From: Eledone cirrhosa
Taxonomy: Eukaryota
Reading direction: 5' to 3'
Assembly (NCBI GenBank): GCA_964016885.1
Contig: OZ024743.1
Location: 376,712,001-376,776,000, forward strand
Length of the DNA: 64,000 nt
Positions 1-13,576 of this stretch are shown here, piece after piece; within the stretch, counting starts at the first letter, position 1; each line of letters begins with the position of its first letter. The notes beneath the pieces were generated by a model. The model had not been told where the DNA came from and ran no database searches. It saw only the letters and a program-made list of their open reading frames with translations. The position numbers were made by a program, and so were the translations under genes.

Positions 1-29
1 TTTCTTTTCAATTTACTTTATATAAGCGG

Positions 30-186
30 AAAGATGGATGTGGGATTAAGCTGTTCGCTTGGCAACTGTGGTTTCCGATCTCACTGTGTGGCACCTGCAA
101 CTTTCTTTTACTCAAACCTCCGGTTGACAAATACTGTTAGAGCTAAATTTTAAATTTGGTTGATGGAACCTCTCGAGAAGTCCATC

Positions 187-190
<4 letters not shown>
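30..190 (+). mobile_element. Degenerate tRNA-derived CORE-like SINE
   Basis: Similar by eye to 15608-15750 and to the reverse complement of 40150-40290. Confidence 0.4.
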
Positions 191-263
<73 letters not shown>

Positions 264-453
264 CACAGAGAGAAGTGTGTTACGCAGTGAGAAGTGTGTA
301 AAAAATTATTACATGTGAGTTTAACCGTTACTGTATGGAGAACATTACCCACAGGTTAGCAATTAAATAGAAAATTCAGATGAAAATTCTCTGTTCTTCT
401 TCGAGCTAATATTATTATTACTGTGAACTGCGGAATACTTTAATTCCGATCTT

Positions 454-489
<36 letters not shown>

Positions 490-896
490 GGGGGGGGGGG
501 GGGTGTACGTGCGTGTAAGTATGTACATGACTGTTCTTGTCTGTTTTTATTTCAGGCAAAAAAAGACATCGTTGAAAGATACCAGATTTGAATAAATAAG
601 TATTGGGTTTCATAAAGTTTTGCTGCTTCAGGGCCGCAGTCTAATGATTAAACCCAGTTAAAGAATAAAAGAATTTGTACATGTTTTTTAATAAATAGGA
701 ATAGGATTTTGATAATATACCCCAGAGATACTTTCACGAATGTAGAGTAAGTTCAAAATAAATTATATTACACTCCAAGGATTTCGTAGGTTACAAATTA
801 AATATATATAAATAATTGAAAATATATATATATATATATATATATGAGAAACGTAAAATAAGAAAATTATAAAATTAACTTACTTACTAAAATATC

Positions 897-978
897 ACTT
901 CCAACTAATTAGTTTCTGGAATGGAGTAAATATATTTTCCGAAGAAGATACAGAAAAGCATTCCGTCGTCAGGGAAGT
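897..978 (-). ncRNA. Type I hammerhead ribozyme
   Basis: Minus strand reads ACTTCC-CTGACGA-cGGAATG[loop containing ttcTTCGgaa]CATTCCa-GAAAC-TAATTA-GTT-GGAAGT: 6-bp stem I, intact core, palindromic stem III, GUU cleavage triplet. Confidence 0.85.
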
Positions 979-1418
979 CTATTTTCATCCAAGTTACCAG
1001 GCAAAGCGAGGACGCTGGAAACTTATTAAAAAATAATTCAGTGGATAGGAAATAGCAAAGCGTGGACTGAATTCCTAGCCATTGAGAAAATCACTGCCTC
1101 TACGTCTGTGGCAAATTCAAAAAGAATCAATCACGTGACATCGAGGTCAATCAGTGGAAAGTGGTTTGCTAATAAGACAGCGGCCTACCTACTACCATAG
1201 CAGCAGTCATGGCCAATATTGCTCGACAAATAATTTGGAGATAATAATAAAGAATTTATATCTAGTAACATATATATACATACAGATGCATATCAATGCT
1301 AGCAGATATATAGGTTTTGTCTTAGTAACATTGTGGTTCAATGCATGGGGTTGCAGAACAATAATATGAGAAACATAAAATAAGAAAATTATAAAATTAA
1401 CTTACTTACTAAAATATC

Positions 1419-1498
1419 ACTTCCAACTAATTAGTTTCTGGAATGGAGTAAATATATTTTCCGAAGAAGATATAGAAAAGCATTCCGTCGTCAGGGAA
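1419..1498 (-). ncRNA. Type I hammerhead ribozyme, second copy
   Basis: Same motif as 897-978. Stem I is shortened to TTCC/GGAA at the duplication boundary. Confidence 0.75.
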
Positions 1499-1623
1499 TT
1501 TTGTATCATTGAAATTTTCTTTGCTTCTTGTATATATATATATATATCTCTAACGATCGACTTTCGTCAAATCGGACCGAGGGAACAATGTTTCCGTTGG
1601 TCTTTCCAATTGCTAATACTATC

Positions 1624-1846
1624 TATCGGTCGCAACTCCAGGTAGAAGGAGGAACGTGAAATAAAGTGTCTTGCTCAAGGACATAACGCATCGCCTGGTC
1701 CAGGAATCGAACTGGCGTGTGGCTGAGTGGTTAGAGAATTGGATTCGCAATTGTAAGGTTGTGAGTTCGATTCCTGGACCAGGCGGTGCGTTATGTCCTT
1801 GAGCAAGACACTTTATTTCACGTTCCTCCTTCTACCTGGAGTTGCG

Positions 1847-1851
<5 letters not shown>
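1624..1851 (+). mobile_element. tRNA-headed CORE-like SINE (1714-1851) preceded by an inverted partial copy of itself (1624-1713)
   Basis: A box TGGCTGAGTGG, B box GTTCGATTCC and CORE-like GTCCTTGAGCAAGACACTTTATTTCAC. 1624-1713 is the reverse complement of about 1764-1853. Confidence 0.8.
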
Positions 1852-1883
<32 letters not shown>

Positions 1884-2432
1884 AGAAGCAAAGAAAATTT
1901 CAATGATACGAAAGATTTCTTGGTGGACGTTCAGGCGTACTCCAGGCTGGTATCCAGTTTCGGGGTGAAAATCCAATTAGAAAATCTCAAAATTTTGAGA
2001 GGTCCACGTAAGCGTTCCCTCTTCCTGCTATATCAAGCGTTAATATATCCCTTCCATATACTATACCGATTGTGTTGTTATTTCTGTTTACCTTATACAT
2101 ATATATATATATATATGTATATAAAGAGAGAGAGAGAGAGGTTATATATATGTATGCATTATGTATGTATGTGGGTGTATGTTTCCGTTTACAGGAGATT
2201 TCTTAGTGGAGACCTGCACAATATAAAATCGGCCTGTTAACGTCATCTTCCTTTCCTTGGCTTCTTTGGGTGCCTTTTGCGGAATCTACCCAATTGTAAG
2301 CATTCGGGCCAGGTCTCTGGTTCGAGGGTGCTCTTTCCTCCCTTCCACATGTCTATGATCCTCCTGAAAAAAGGCCACAAGCACTATCCTTCCCTAAATA
2401 ATATTACTAATAATATTACTAATAATATTACT

Positions 2433-2638
2433 AATAATGGTTTCTGATTTAGGTACAAGGCCAGCAATTTGGGGGAAGAGAAAGTCGATTAAATCGATCC
2501 CTGTGCGCGAGTGGTATTTTATTTTATCGACCCCGTAAGGATGAAATTCAAAGCTAAGCTTTGTGAGATTTGAACTCAGAACGTAAAGGGCCGTGAAGCA
2601 GGGTGTCCGACACTCTACTGACTGCCAATCCACCGTCC
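2433..2638 (-). mobile_element. tRNA-derived SINE, family A (Nin/Deu-like central domain)
   Basis: Minus strand has A and B boxes (GAGTTCAAATC), TTTCATCCTTACGGGGTCGATAAAATAAA, tail CTGGCCTTGTACCTAAA and (ATT)n-like end. Confidence 0.8.
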
Positions 2639-3695
2639 TAATATTACTACTAATAAATTATAGTATAAAACTAAATTTAATAACAGTTAATTTAATAAAC
2701 GTTTCAAACACGATTAACATAATCCGAAATTAGGTTCTAATACCCCAAATATTTAAACCAAAACCTTTATTTATATATGTGATTTGGGGCTCTATCAACA
2801 ACAACAACAAAAAATACAAAACATTCTTTAAATAAATTTGTTGAGAATTTCCCACCTCCCAAAAATTCTTTGTAAAGCTCGTATGTCTGTTTTAAATCTA
2901 AATCTTTGTTTTAAGCAAAGAACAATGGCATGTTTAGCTGATCCAAGTATCTTTACATACAGATTGTCATGTTTACAGTGGGAATATTTCTGGGGAGACT
3001 GTTGCTAACAGAAACCTGTTAACTATGCATTGCGACGGGGAAAATTTGATGTAAAACCATATCTTTTGTCAGCAATTTCGTGGACAAAGACAGTTCAACT
3101 GTGACTTTTCTCATGTCAACTGTTGTGTGGACTTGTTTGAAATTCCCAAATAGTTTGTCTTTAAACAGACCAGCGAAGAACATTGTCTTCTTCTCTGGAA
3201 CATTCTAAAACAAGAGACTTGTTTTCTTATGTCACTGAATAGACACTAATGTTTAGAGAGAAAGGGGGAGCGGAGGGGGGTTGATAGGTTGGCGGGGTGG
3301 ACGGCGGGGGTGTCTTCTTAGAGCTCAGATTAACATTTCTGTTAGTCTCGCAGAATGGTTTTAATCTCAAATAGCTGCACACACCACTAACCACACACCT
3401 ACGTATACACACACACACATACATACATACACACACGCACACATACACCCAGGGACACACAAACACACCTAGACACACACAACTTCTTCTACATACATCC
3501 CTCCACATACACCCATACACACACATTTATATACACACACTCATGCACCTCCCTCTACAAATACTCCTATAACTACACTTTCTGCACTTGATTGGTACTA
3601 GTTTTGACGAAATACCACCACACTGCTCCATCATATCACACCACGCCAACTTAGCAACACCACTTCACCACCACCATCATCATACTATCTCCATA

Positions 3696-3730
<35 letters not shown>

Positions 3731-3744
3731 GCAGATATAGAGAA

Positions 3745-3905
3745 AGATTCGACCCCAGTTCTAGACTGATATATTTTTATTGACTTCGAAAGGATGAAAG
3801 GTAAAGTTTGACCGCAGCGGGATTTGAACTCGGTGCTCACGAGAGCCAAGACAAATACCCACAAATCATTCTATCTTGTGCTTTAACGACTCTGCCAATT
3901 CGCCT
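3745..3905 (-). mobile_element. SINE family A, diverged
   Basis: AAGGATGAAAGGTAAAG...GGGATTTGAACTC...TGCCAATTCGCC matches the other family A copies. Confidence 0.7.
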
Positions 3906-5355
3906 TCTTTTTTTTTATCCACATTTTATTCCTCCGTTGAACTGAAGGCTGGGCAAATGAAATCCCTCTCCATTTATTGCTCTATTTACCACTAGAGGAT
4001 ATGAACAAAAGTTTTATTAATAGAAATTTTTTTAAAATAATAACCAGATCTATTTAAAAAAACAGCAACACTATATATATTTAAAAACAGAAAATGAAGG
4101 GAAATGCAAAGGCCCTGGGCTTTCAGAAGAATGGGGGGGGGGTGAAAGTGGGAGAGTGTTGTGCTCTAAGCCTAGGGCGCAGTGGTGTTGGGACTGTGCC
4201 CGGCGGATAAGACCACAAAAGCATTTCCACGGAATATGTTGAGGTCCAATTGTTAGGGTTTGATCAACGTGCAATATTTTTTCTTCCTTCTTTGTTTACG
4301 GCCCCACGATTTCTTTCACTTTCAATCAATACGTTAAAACTGATCAACACCGCGCCCGCGATGTCTTCCACTTTCAACCAATACACTAAGACTGATCAAC
4401 ACAAAGCTAAAGAAATACTGAAACCAAATTTAACAGATAAAACAAGACTAATGAGCTTATTGTTATAATCCCTTGATTATTCCTTTTCACTTGATGAAAG
4501 GTGATAAGCACTTTATCTTAACTGTGTGAAGAAATATTAATTTTTCTATTTTCATTGTCCTAAATATTGTTTCGGCTAATTATAGACAATTCCTCGTGTT
4601 TTTGTGTGATTTCATTACAAAATCTATACAGTTATCAGTGTTATTGTTGTAATTAGTGCGAGTTCCTACATGTTTACTGATTCTGTCAAATCTCAGCACA
4701 ATTATATCAGGTACTCAGAGAGAACACTATATATCCATTATAGTTTTAGCTGGTCGAGGTTAATAGCTTAAAATACTTCCATTCTAGTTAGAAGAAATGG
4801 AAGGACATTTTAGTGGGACGGACAGTTTTTAACTTGTCAGTAACAATTACAATTTAATGAAGTGATATAATTTCATTACACCCCAACTTACTTCCCGTCT
4901 TGTTTGTTTGGTGATATTATTAATAAATAATATCTAATTAAGGCAGACTTGATGATACATTGTCTTAAAACACTTTTATTAATGTTATCAAATATTTTTC
5001 TTCGCAACTGTAAAAGAAACGAAGAATAAAAATGAAAGGCAAATAAATAAAAAAATAATAATTTTTAAAAATACACTCGAGATGTTTAGAAAAACATTCT
5101 GTCAAGGTTCTTAGTTTAATGGATGGTGTTTCAATTATAGATTTTGCTAAAAAAAAGAACAAAACTCAAGCTTCCCCAGGCTGATAGCTTTCATAATTTA
5201 TCTATCATTTATTGGGGTTTGCTTTCAATACGATAATAATTCATTTACTCTGAATATGAGGCTTTAAGTATATTGGCAACAAACACATTAGTTGATGTTA
5301 ATTATGTAATCGGAGAAAGTAAAATCAAATTTCAAGCAGCTGATTCGCTTGTCAA

Positions 5356-5356
5356 G

Positions 5357-5438
<82 letters not shown>

Positions 5439-5512
5439 TCACCACTACCTCTGCTACTACTACTACTATTACTACTACTACTACCACCACCACCACTACC
5501 ACCACCACCACC

Positions 5513-5592
<80 letters not shown>

Positions 5593-5597
5593 TACCA
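5356..5597. repeat. (ACT)n/(ACC)n trinucleotide tract
   Basis: Read directly from the sequence. Confidence 0.95.
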
Positions 5598-5924
5598 ACA
5601 TCACCAGCTTGAAGTATTTGCTCCGACTCATTGTGGTCGATGTCCAGATCTTACGATGGTTTACTTGGGTGGTAGCCTCAATCTATAGCTTGGTTTAACC
5701 ACCAACTAGTCGTTTGTTTACGTTTCGCAGAATCTGTTCTATTGCAAGCATTTTGGATGGTCTCCAGTTTAAGGAGAGCTTCCATTCTTCCCTCTTCTTG
5801 CAACCAATGTCGGAGGCCTAAGTGTTTATAATCGCTGAAAAAGTTTTTAGAGATGTATAAATGTGTTTGATGGTAAATGAGGCAGTTAGACGTGATCAAG
5901 GAAAACAAGCATAGGAGAAGTTAG

Positions 5925-6420
5925 ATGTGTTTGAAGTGTTTGAAATTATTTGTAATAGTTTCAGTTTCTTGGATTATATGGAACTATTTGGAAGCGGTTA
6001 GATGTGCATGTAAATGATTGGGAGTGTTTAAAATGTGTGGAGTATTTAGATTATTTTGAAGTGTTTGAAAATGTTTAGAAGTATTTGAAAGTGATTGGAG
6101 GTGTCTTAAAGTGTCTGGAAGTGTCTTGAAGTATTTGGGAGTGTTTGTAATGTTTAGACGTACTTGAAAGTGTTTGGAAGTGTCTAGAAGTTGTTGGAAG
6201 TGTTTGGGAATATCTGGGAGTGTAGGTGTTTAGAAGCGTTTAGAAATATTTGAAAGTAATGGGAGATGTCTTAAAGTGTTTGGAAGAGTTTGCGACTGTT
6301 TGAAATGTTTAGAAGTTTCTGGAAGTATCCAGAAGTGTTTAGAAGTGTTCAGGGGTATCTGGGAGTGTTGCAAAGTGTTTAGGGGTGTTTGATAGTGTTT
6401 GGAAGTGTTTGGAAGTGTTT
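5925..6420. repeat. Degenerate 10-bp tandem repeat (GAAGTGTTTG-like)
   Basis: Recurrent GAAGTGTTTG/GAAGTGTCTG/GAAGTATTTG units at about 10-bp spacing. Confidence 0.8.
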
Positions 6421-6656
6421 GCTGGTGGAATGAGGCAGTTATAGTTTCCCATGTCAAGTGTTTGGCCGTTAACATGTAAAGTAATTGTCCTGACATTAAT
6501 AGCAGCACAGTTTGACACTGCTGACTTATTCAAGCCTTGTTTACCACCTCCCATCGCCAATGCCGCCAACCATCACAGTCAGAAGAGCAGCCAATTTCTA
6601 CCTCTCTTCACCAGTCAAAGCCCCCTTTATTATAGCAAGAAAATACATTTATCAGT

Positions 6657-6714
<58 letters not shown>

Positions 6715-7095
6715 TTACTGGCAGTGGTAGCAATGGAGCAGGGAGGCGGGTACACCGGTGTGAAGGGCTGATGACAGGTTCATTCAGTTTCTGTTTTCAT
6801 TTGTGTTTGTCAGTGATTAAATTGATTTGCAGAACTAAATCATTATACAGTGGGACATGGTCTTCTTTTTGTATGTTGATTTATCTATTTATCCTGTGTG
6901 TGTATGCGGTATATACAAGTATATATGTATATATGTATGTGCATGTATGTGTGAGTGTGTATGTGTGTGTGTATGTATGTGTGTGTACATATATGTATGT
7001 TTTTCTTTGAGATTTATTTAAGTTCTTCGCAGAATTCAAGCCACTCACTATTAAAGTGACAAGGCTTCCTTGTTTTATATATATATATATATATT

Positions 7096-7190
<95 letters not shown>

Positions 7191-7192
7191 AT

Positions 7193-7231
<39 letters not shown>

Positions 7232-7453
7232 TGTGTGTGTGTGTGTGTGTGTATATATATGTGTGTGTGTGTGTGTGTATATGTATATATATTTATGTAT
7301 ATATATGTATTATCTATGTATGCATATAATCTATCTATAGATATGTATGTAACTATATATGTATATGTGTATACATGTATACACATATATATATTCTGAA
7401 TATATGCATCTGAGATTGTATATGGATATGTGTGTGTGTGAGCGTGTGGGGGG

Positions 7454-7576
<123 letters not shown>

Positions 7577-7859
7577 TCTATTATAGTTTTGAATAGGTGA
7601 TAATAAAATCCTTTCTTCCTTCCAACTGTAAAACAATAGAATAACAATTTAATTAACTAGTGTAATTAACTAGTGTATTTAATATGACAAGCAAAATACA
7701 CTTTAGTTATTATTACAATTTCTAACATAGGCAATCATATCATCTCCATTGTTATCATCATAATTATCACTGCCACCACTACTACCACAACTATGTCTCT
7801 ACTTTCAATGACGCCATAGGCTGGTTGGTTTGTCAAATGGTTCGAGTTAGTTCGTATTT

Positions 7860-7925
7860 AGAGTTACTCGTATGGTCTATTTTGGCGTGGTTTCTATCAC
7901 TAGATGCCCTTCCTAACACTAACCT
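7860..7925 (-). mobile_element. Short relic of an RTE-associated or SINE motif
   Basis: TTTCTATCACTAGATGCCCTTCCTAACACTAACC resembles the reverse complement of the GGTTGGCGTTAGGAAGGGCATCC motif of RTE-linked repeats. Recalled from memory, not searched. Confidence 0.35.
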
Positions 7926-8189
7926 GCCAGCAGAACGAGAGATCACACATGCGATGACCCCTTAGAACACTGACAACAGGCCGTAGAAATGGAGGTGTGG
8001 ACGACTATGTCAGGCAAAATATGAGAATCCCAAGATGGAACCTGTTCACAGCTCAATGAGCATTCTCATATAAACAGAACCACTTGAAGTTCTTGGTTTA
8101 CATTGATCGCCAAGTGTTTGCAACCTTCTTGTGTTCTTGTATTTGTGGATTAGTAATAACGGACTTCAAGTAACAATATAGCTTGGGTG

Positions 8190-8874
8190 AACGAATATTT
8201 TGTTATTTTTTGTCCCTACTATTTTCTGTGTATTGTACAATCTTTAAACACCTTAATGTCTCCATTTAAGAAACTTTGTTGTCAATACAGCATTGATTAT
8301 TTAACTTATGAGTTTATCGCTTCTCATCAGAACAGTCAATTACCTCTGTGTCTTATGTGCAGCCAAACTTTAAGCAACGAAATTATGAAGCCTTCACACT
8401 TTAAGTATCATTTATATGCTAAGCATGCTGACCAGTTGGGTATAACAACCCGTTTGAAGTTAAAGTAATCGATTACAAAGACCATCTGCAGGATGAATTG
8501 ATAGATTTACAAAATAATAATGATGCCACAATGCAGTATCGGCTTCACGGTAATCATGGCTTGTGGTATCATCAAAGTATAGTAACGTCTTATCCCAATC
8601 TAATAAAATTTAATAGAATGCGGTTTCAAATGGTCAAGTTTAATTTCATTCGTTAATTAAGACAATAGTAGCAGCAGCTGCCGCCGCCTGGCTCCATTAT
8701 TTGTTACTTCCCTTTGGTATTTTTTTTACTACATCGTAAAAAGTCAGTTTGCAAACCGGTAACAAACTTTACCAAACATTTTTGGTTGCTTTTGAATATT
8801 TACTATACAGGTGGATGGTGGAAATTTGTCCTTGTGAAAGTGGGAGATGACACAAGAAAGGTTGGTAACCCTTG
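8190..8874 (+). mobile_element. hAT (Charlie/Buster-type) DNA transposon relic, internally deleted
   Basis: 8187-8468 translates QYSIDYLTYEF...PLCLMCSQTLSNEIMKPSHFKYHLYAKH, the BED-finger N-terminus typical of Buster/ZBED5-like transposases. 8858-8874 AAGGTTGGTAACCCTTG resembles a Charlie right terminus. Confidence 0.75.
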
Positions 8875-9007
8875 TCCTGAAGCAATGTCTATGAAAGATA
8901 TTTATACATCTTGCAGACTGCCAATCTCTAAAAACCAAAACGGGGACGACCATGAAAAATGTGCCCCAAAACGGAGAGAAATGAGGCAAAGTGGGAAGAT
9001 TTTACAT

Positions 9008-9170
9008 AATTGTTTCTACTTTTGGCACAAGGCCAGCAATTACCCAGTACATTACTGGTACTTTATTTTATCGACCCCAAGGAGGAAAGGCAAAGTTAAC
9101 CTCGACGGGATTTGAACTCAGACCGTAAAGAGACGTAACTATGCTAGAAAGCATGGCGTCCAACCCTCTA
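9008..9170 (-). mobile_element. SINE family A, 5'-truncated
   Basis: Near-identical to the array unit at 21160-21350. Confidence 0.85.
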
Positions 9171-10017
9171 AGTTATACCCATTTTCACAAGAGAAGACAT
9201 CTCTCACCGACCCTAAAATGTGTGGGAGATCGCCTCATTGGACGGGGAGTGTTGACACAATATATCTAGAGATTAGACAATGTAGATATCTGGAATAAAT
9301 ATAGCAAGGCATCATATACGAAGCTGTAAGCTCTAAAAATAACCCAACCCAACCCTTAACTGGTACTTAATTTTATTAAAACCCTAAAGGATAAAAAGTG
9401 AAGTTAACCAAAGCAATGGCATTCGAACAACAGCACAATAAATGTTGTTCTACACTCTGATGATGCACGACTCCGTTAATTCTCTGCTCATAAACTTCGA
9501 ACAGCTTAAATAACTCATTCACAAAATATTGACATGTTCTCCAAGAATTTCTTATTTGGATAACATCTCATATAAATTCAGCATGTAAGAATCAATCAGA
9601 GATCAAAAAACTAAATAATAGATTTTTTTCTCTCTCTAAAACACAATAAATATAGTAATAACGGGAGTTGTGGTTTAAAAACTTTATGTAAAAGAAACAA
9701 CAACGAAAAACAACTCTATTATTAATTCAGATTTTAAGAACCGTCTGTTTATTTGCCAAGAATTTAAACCAATCCAGTTACAACATCAGCCCCTTTGTTT
9801 TCACAGATTTGGTTTTGTTTTATCATTTTAAATAAAAATGAAAGTGTTTTTTCTTCAAATGTTTGAAGAAAAATATTTTCGCTTCTTTTCCATTTTCCTT
9901 AATGTTTGTCTCATTTGATTGTCATAAAAATCACCACTGCTATATTTAAACCATTTACTTAATGATATATATATATATAGAGAGAGAGAGAGATAGATAC
10001 ATACATACATACATGCA

Positions 10018-10050
<33 letters not shown>

Positions 10051-10157
10051 GTGTGTATAACTATGTATGCATGAATGTATGAATGTATGATTGGTGTGTC
10101 TATATATATATATATACATGGATATATAAATGGGTGCACATATACATACACACATAC

Positions 10158-10190
<33 letters not shown>

Positions 10191-10242
10191 TATGAATGTA
10201 TGTATCTATGTATATATATATGAACGTATGTATGTATCTGTG

Positions 10243-10352
<110 letters not shown>

Positions 10353-10787
10353 TATATATATATATGAATGTATGCATGTATCTCTGTATATATATATATA
10401 ATATGTACATATATATGAGCGTGTTATGTATGTATGTCGATATGTGAGTTTGCATGAAATTTATTTTTATGTAACTGTATAAAAGAATATATTTCTTTTG
10501 TTAGCATTTTTCCATATTTGCCTTCAGTAAACAGTCGTTAACTCGACGTCTGATTCTTACATTCACATTAAAACATTCCTAATTGTAAGGTAGATCAATT
10601 TATTAAACAGCCCCTTCTCCAGATAGAGTTCTCTTTTGCTTTTTTACATAAAAATAAAATAATTATTGAATATTTAATATTAATCCTGAAAGATTCTTTT
10701 TGATTTCTGTAATGTATTTTTTTTTTTCATCTCCAAACCAGAAAAGAACTCTGTCATTGTCATTTTTTTCAGATTTTTCATTATATT

Positions 10788-10911
<124 letters not shown>

Positions 10912-10913
10912 GT

Positions 10914-10944
<31 letters not shown>

Positions 10945-11707
10945 CATAAATACATATATATATATATATAAATATACATACATATGTATATATAAATATA
11001 CATACATGTATATATATATACGCATATATATATATATACATACATACATGTATATGTCTCTCGCTGTATGTGTGTGCGTGTGTGTGTGCTTGAGTATATA
11101 TGTGTGTACATGTAAGCATTATGCATTTGATATTGTAGAATCTTTTTTCTTGCGAATTGATATACAGAGACAGAGAGAGAGAAATAAAACAACAACAACA
11201 ACAACAACAATAAATCTCATAAACTATTCAATTAGAATGGCCAAAAAATATGTTTCTGTATTTAAACATATCTTTTTGAATAAACTGATCAAATGTAGCA
11301 AAAAAAAAAAAAGAAAGAAACCATCACCACCACCACCATCACCAATACCACCACTATCACGATCGTCACCGCCGCCGCTACCGTTGCTGTTGTTTCTTCT
11401 TTTTTTTTTTTTTTGCTTTTCTTAAAAAAACGACATTAGCTAATATTTGCTACTTAAATTTATAATCCTTTATATCTGACTGTGTCCAGTGCAGCTCAAC
11501 AAGGGAAGCTTTGAAGTACATATGATGGAAACCAACCAGTTTCCTTTACTAACTATTAAGACAACCAGCTTGAAGATTTTTATTTAATTCATTCTGGGAT
11601 TATATATATATATACAATATATATGTATATATATGTTCTCTCTCTCTTTCCTTTCTCTCTTTCTCCCCACCCCCACTTTCTCTCTCTTACTCCCCCCCCC
11701 CTCTCTC

Positions 11708-11737
<30 letters not shown>

Positions 11738-11743
<6 letters not shown>

Positions 11744-11828
11744 TAAATCTACCACTCAATGGTAGGGTCTAAACCGTATAAAGAACTCAATGTAATCCGT
11801 ATGTAGAAGATGTCGTGAAGCAAAGTTT

Positions 11829-11834
<6 letters not shown>
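11738..11834 (-). mobile_element. 3' stub of the hammerhead element family at 43440-44411, inside (TA)n
   Basis: Reverse complement of about 44318-44411, with the same terminus abutting (TA)n. Confidence 0.75.
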
Positions 11835-11871
<37 letters not shown>

Positions 11872-12252
11872 TTATTTATTTATATATATAGTGTTGTTAT
11901 TTTTTGTTATTTTTTGCTTCCCATAAACTTGCATCATAAAAGACAGTTTGTTTGTCTTTCTTTCTCTCGTTCTTTGTTTCTATGTGTTTAATCACTGAGA
12001 TGATATTCTCACCATTCCTTAAATACGTGCTACAAAAACAGATTTTATAATTTCATTTATTTTCAACAACAAACTACTTCTGCAATTGTTATTGTTGATG
12101 TTGTTGCTGTTGTTATTATTGTAGTTGTTTTACTTTTTTCTCTTCTTTCTGTCTATTTCCCTATTTCTCTCTCTATCTCCCTGGTTCTCTCTATATCTCC
12201 CGGTCTCTCTGTATATCCCTCTATATATCTCTGTCTCTCTCTCTTTCTTTCC

Positions 12253-12291
<39 letters not shown>

Positions 12292-12535
12292 TTCTACCCC
12301 CCCCCCCCCCTCACTCCCCCCTCTCTCTCTCGCTCTCTCTCTCACTCTATCCATCTCTCTCTGGCTCTCTCATAGTTAAAGATTGTTTTCATAATTCGTG
12401 ATAGTACCTCACTGACTCACTCTTTCACTCACTCACTCTCTCATTATCTCTCTCTATCTCTATCTATCTATCTATCTATTTCTCACGCTTACTCTCCCAT
12501 TTCCCCCTCTCTCAATGTCATTCCCTTTTTCTTCC

Positions 12536-12611
<76 letters not shown>

Positions 12612-13090
12612 CCCCTCTCTCTCTCTCCCTCTCTCTGTGACTCTCGGACTGTGAATCTCACCATCTCACTTTTTTCCTTCACTCTATCACTTTATCTTCA
12701 ATCTTCTCATGATTTCTCTCTTGGACTCTCTCTTGATATTTTTCTCTGTCACTTTCTCTCTCTCCTTCTCCCTCTCTCCCTCCTTCTCGTACTCCTACCG
12801 ACCCCTCCCTAATTACATTTTCTTTTCATCTCCAATATAGAAAAAGGAAGAATTCTTCTGAGAAAACCACAGAAAAAGCCACTATTGACTGAGGCCGCCA
12901 ACCAGATGCAAATAATTATGTTTTCCATTTAACCCCGTGCGTTTCCTTTCTCTCCCCCTCCTTCACCCTTTCTACCTCTCACCCCCTTCCCTCCTCCTTC
13001 CTCCTATATTTATCTATCTGTTTTTCAATAAGTCTCTCTTCTTCAGTATTGTATTGAAGTGTCCTGAAGACATATGCGTAACCTCAGAGA

Positions 13091-13207
<117 letters not shown>

Positions 13208-13441
13208 GTTGCTGCTGCTGCTGCTGCTGCCACCACCACCGCCACCTCCGGCTTCAATAACCATAGAAGAGACGAGAAGACGTATTAGTGATTTAAAGAG
13301 AACCATTTCAAACAACAAAGCAAACCAAAACGAGGAAATCTTCATATTGAGTTTCTTTTGTTTTTTGGAAGGTTGTATATGTACATATATGTGTATATAT
13401 ATATATATATTTGTACATACATCCATATCTTTCTCTCTCTC

Positions 13442-13493
<52 letters not shown>

Positions 13494-13526
13494 TATTTAT
13501 ATATATATATATGTGTGCGTGTATAT

Positions 13527-13576
<50 letters not shown>

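Larger units (their letters stand above)
846..1530 (-). mobile_element. Non-coding partial-tandem element (522-bp period) between (TA)n tracts with a hammerhead in each repeat; Penelope pLTR-like or retrozyme-like
   Basis: About 843-976 is repeated at about 1365-1498 (offset 522) with 2 substitutions. (TA)n flanks both sides. Each repeat contains a hammerhead core on the minus strand. Confidence 0.8.

Noticed and set aside
1714-1785. tRNA gene (also other SINE heads)
   Set aside because: A and B boxes are present but run directly into the SINE core and recur as dispersed repeats; no convincing complete cloverleaf.
8187-8468. Functional ZBED/SCAN-type host gene
   Set aside because: Short, substitution-damaged transposase N-terminus followed by stops and a transposon-like end; treated as a hAT relic.
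9457-9480. Isolated CTGATGA (also 6768 and CTGAAGA at 51394) as hammerheads
   Set aside because: No properly spaced GAAA, stem III or stem I pairing found.
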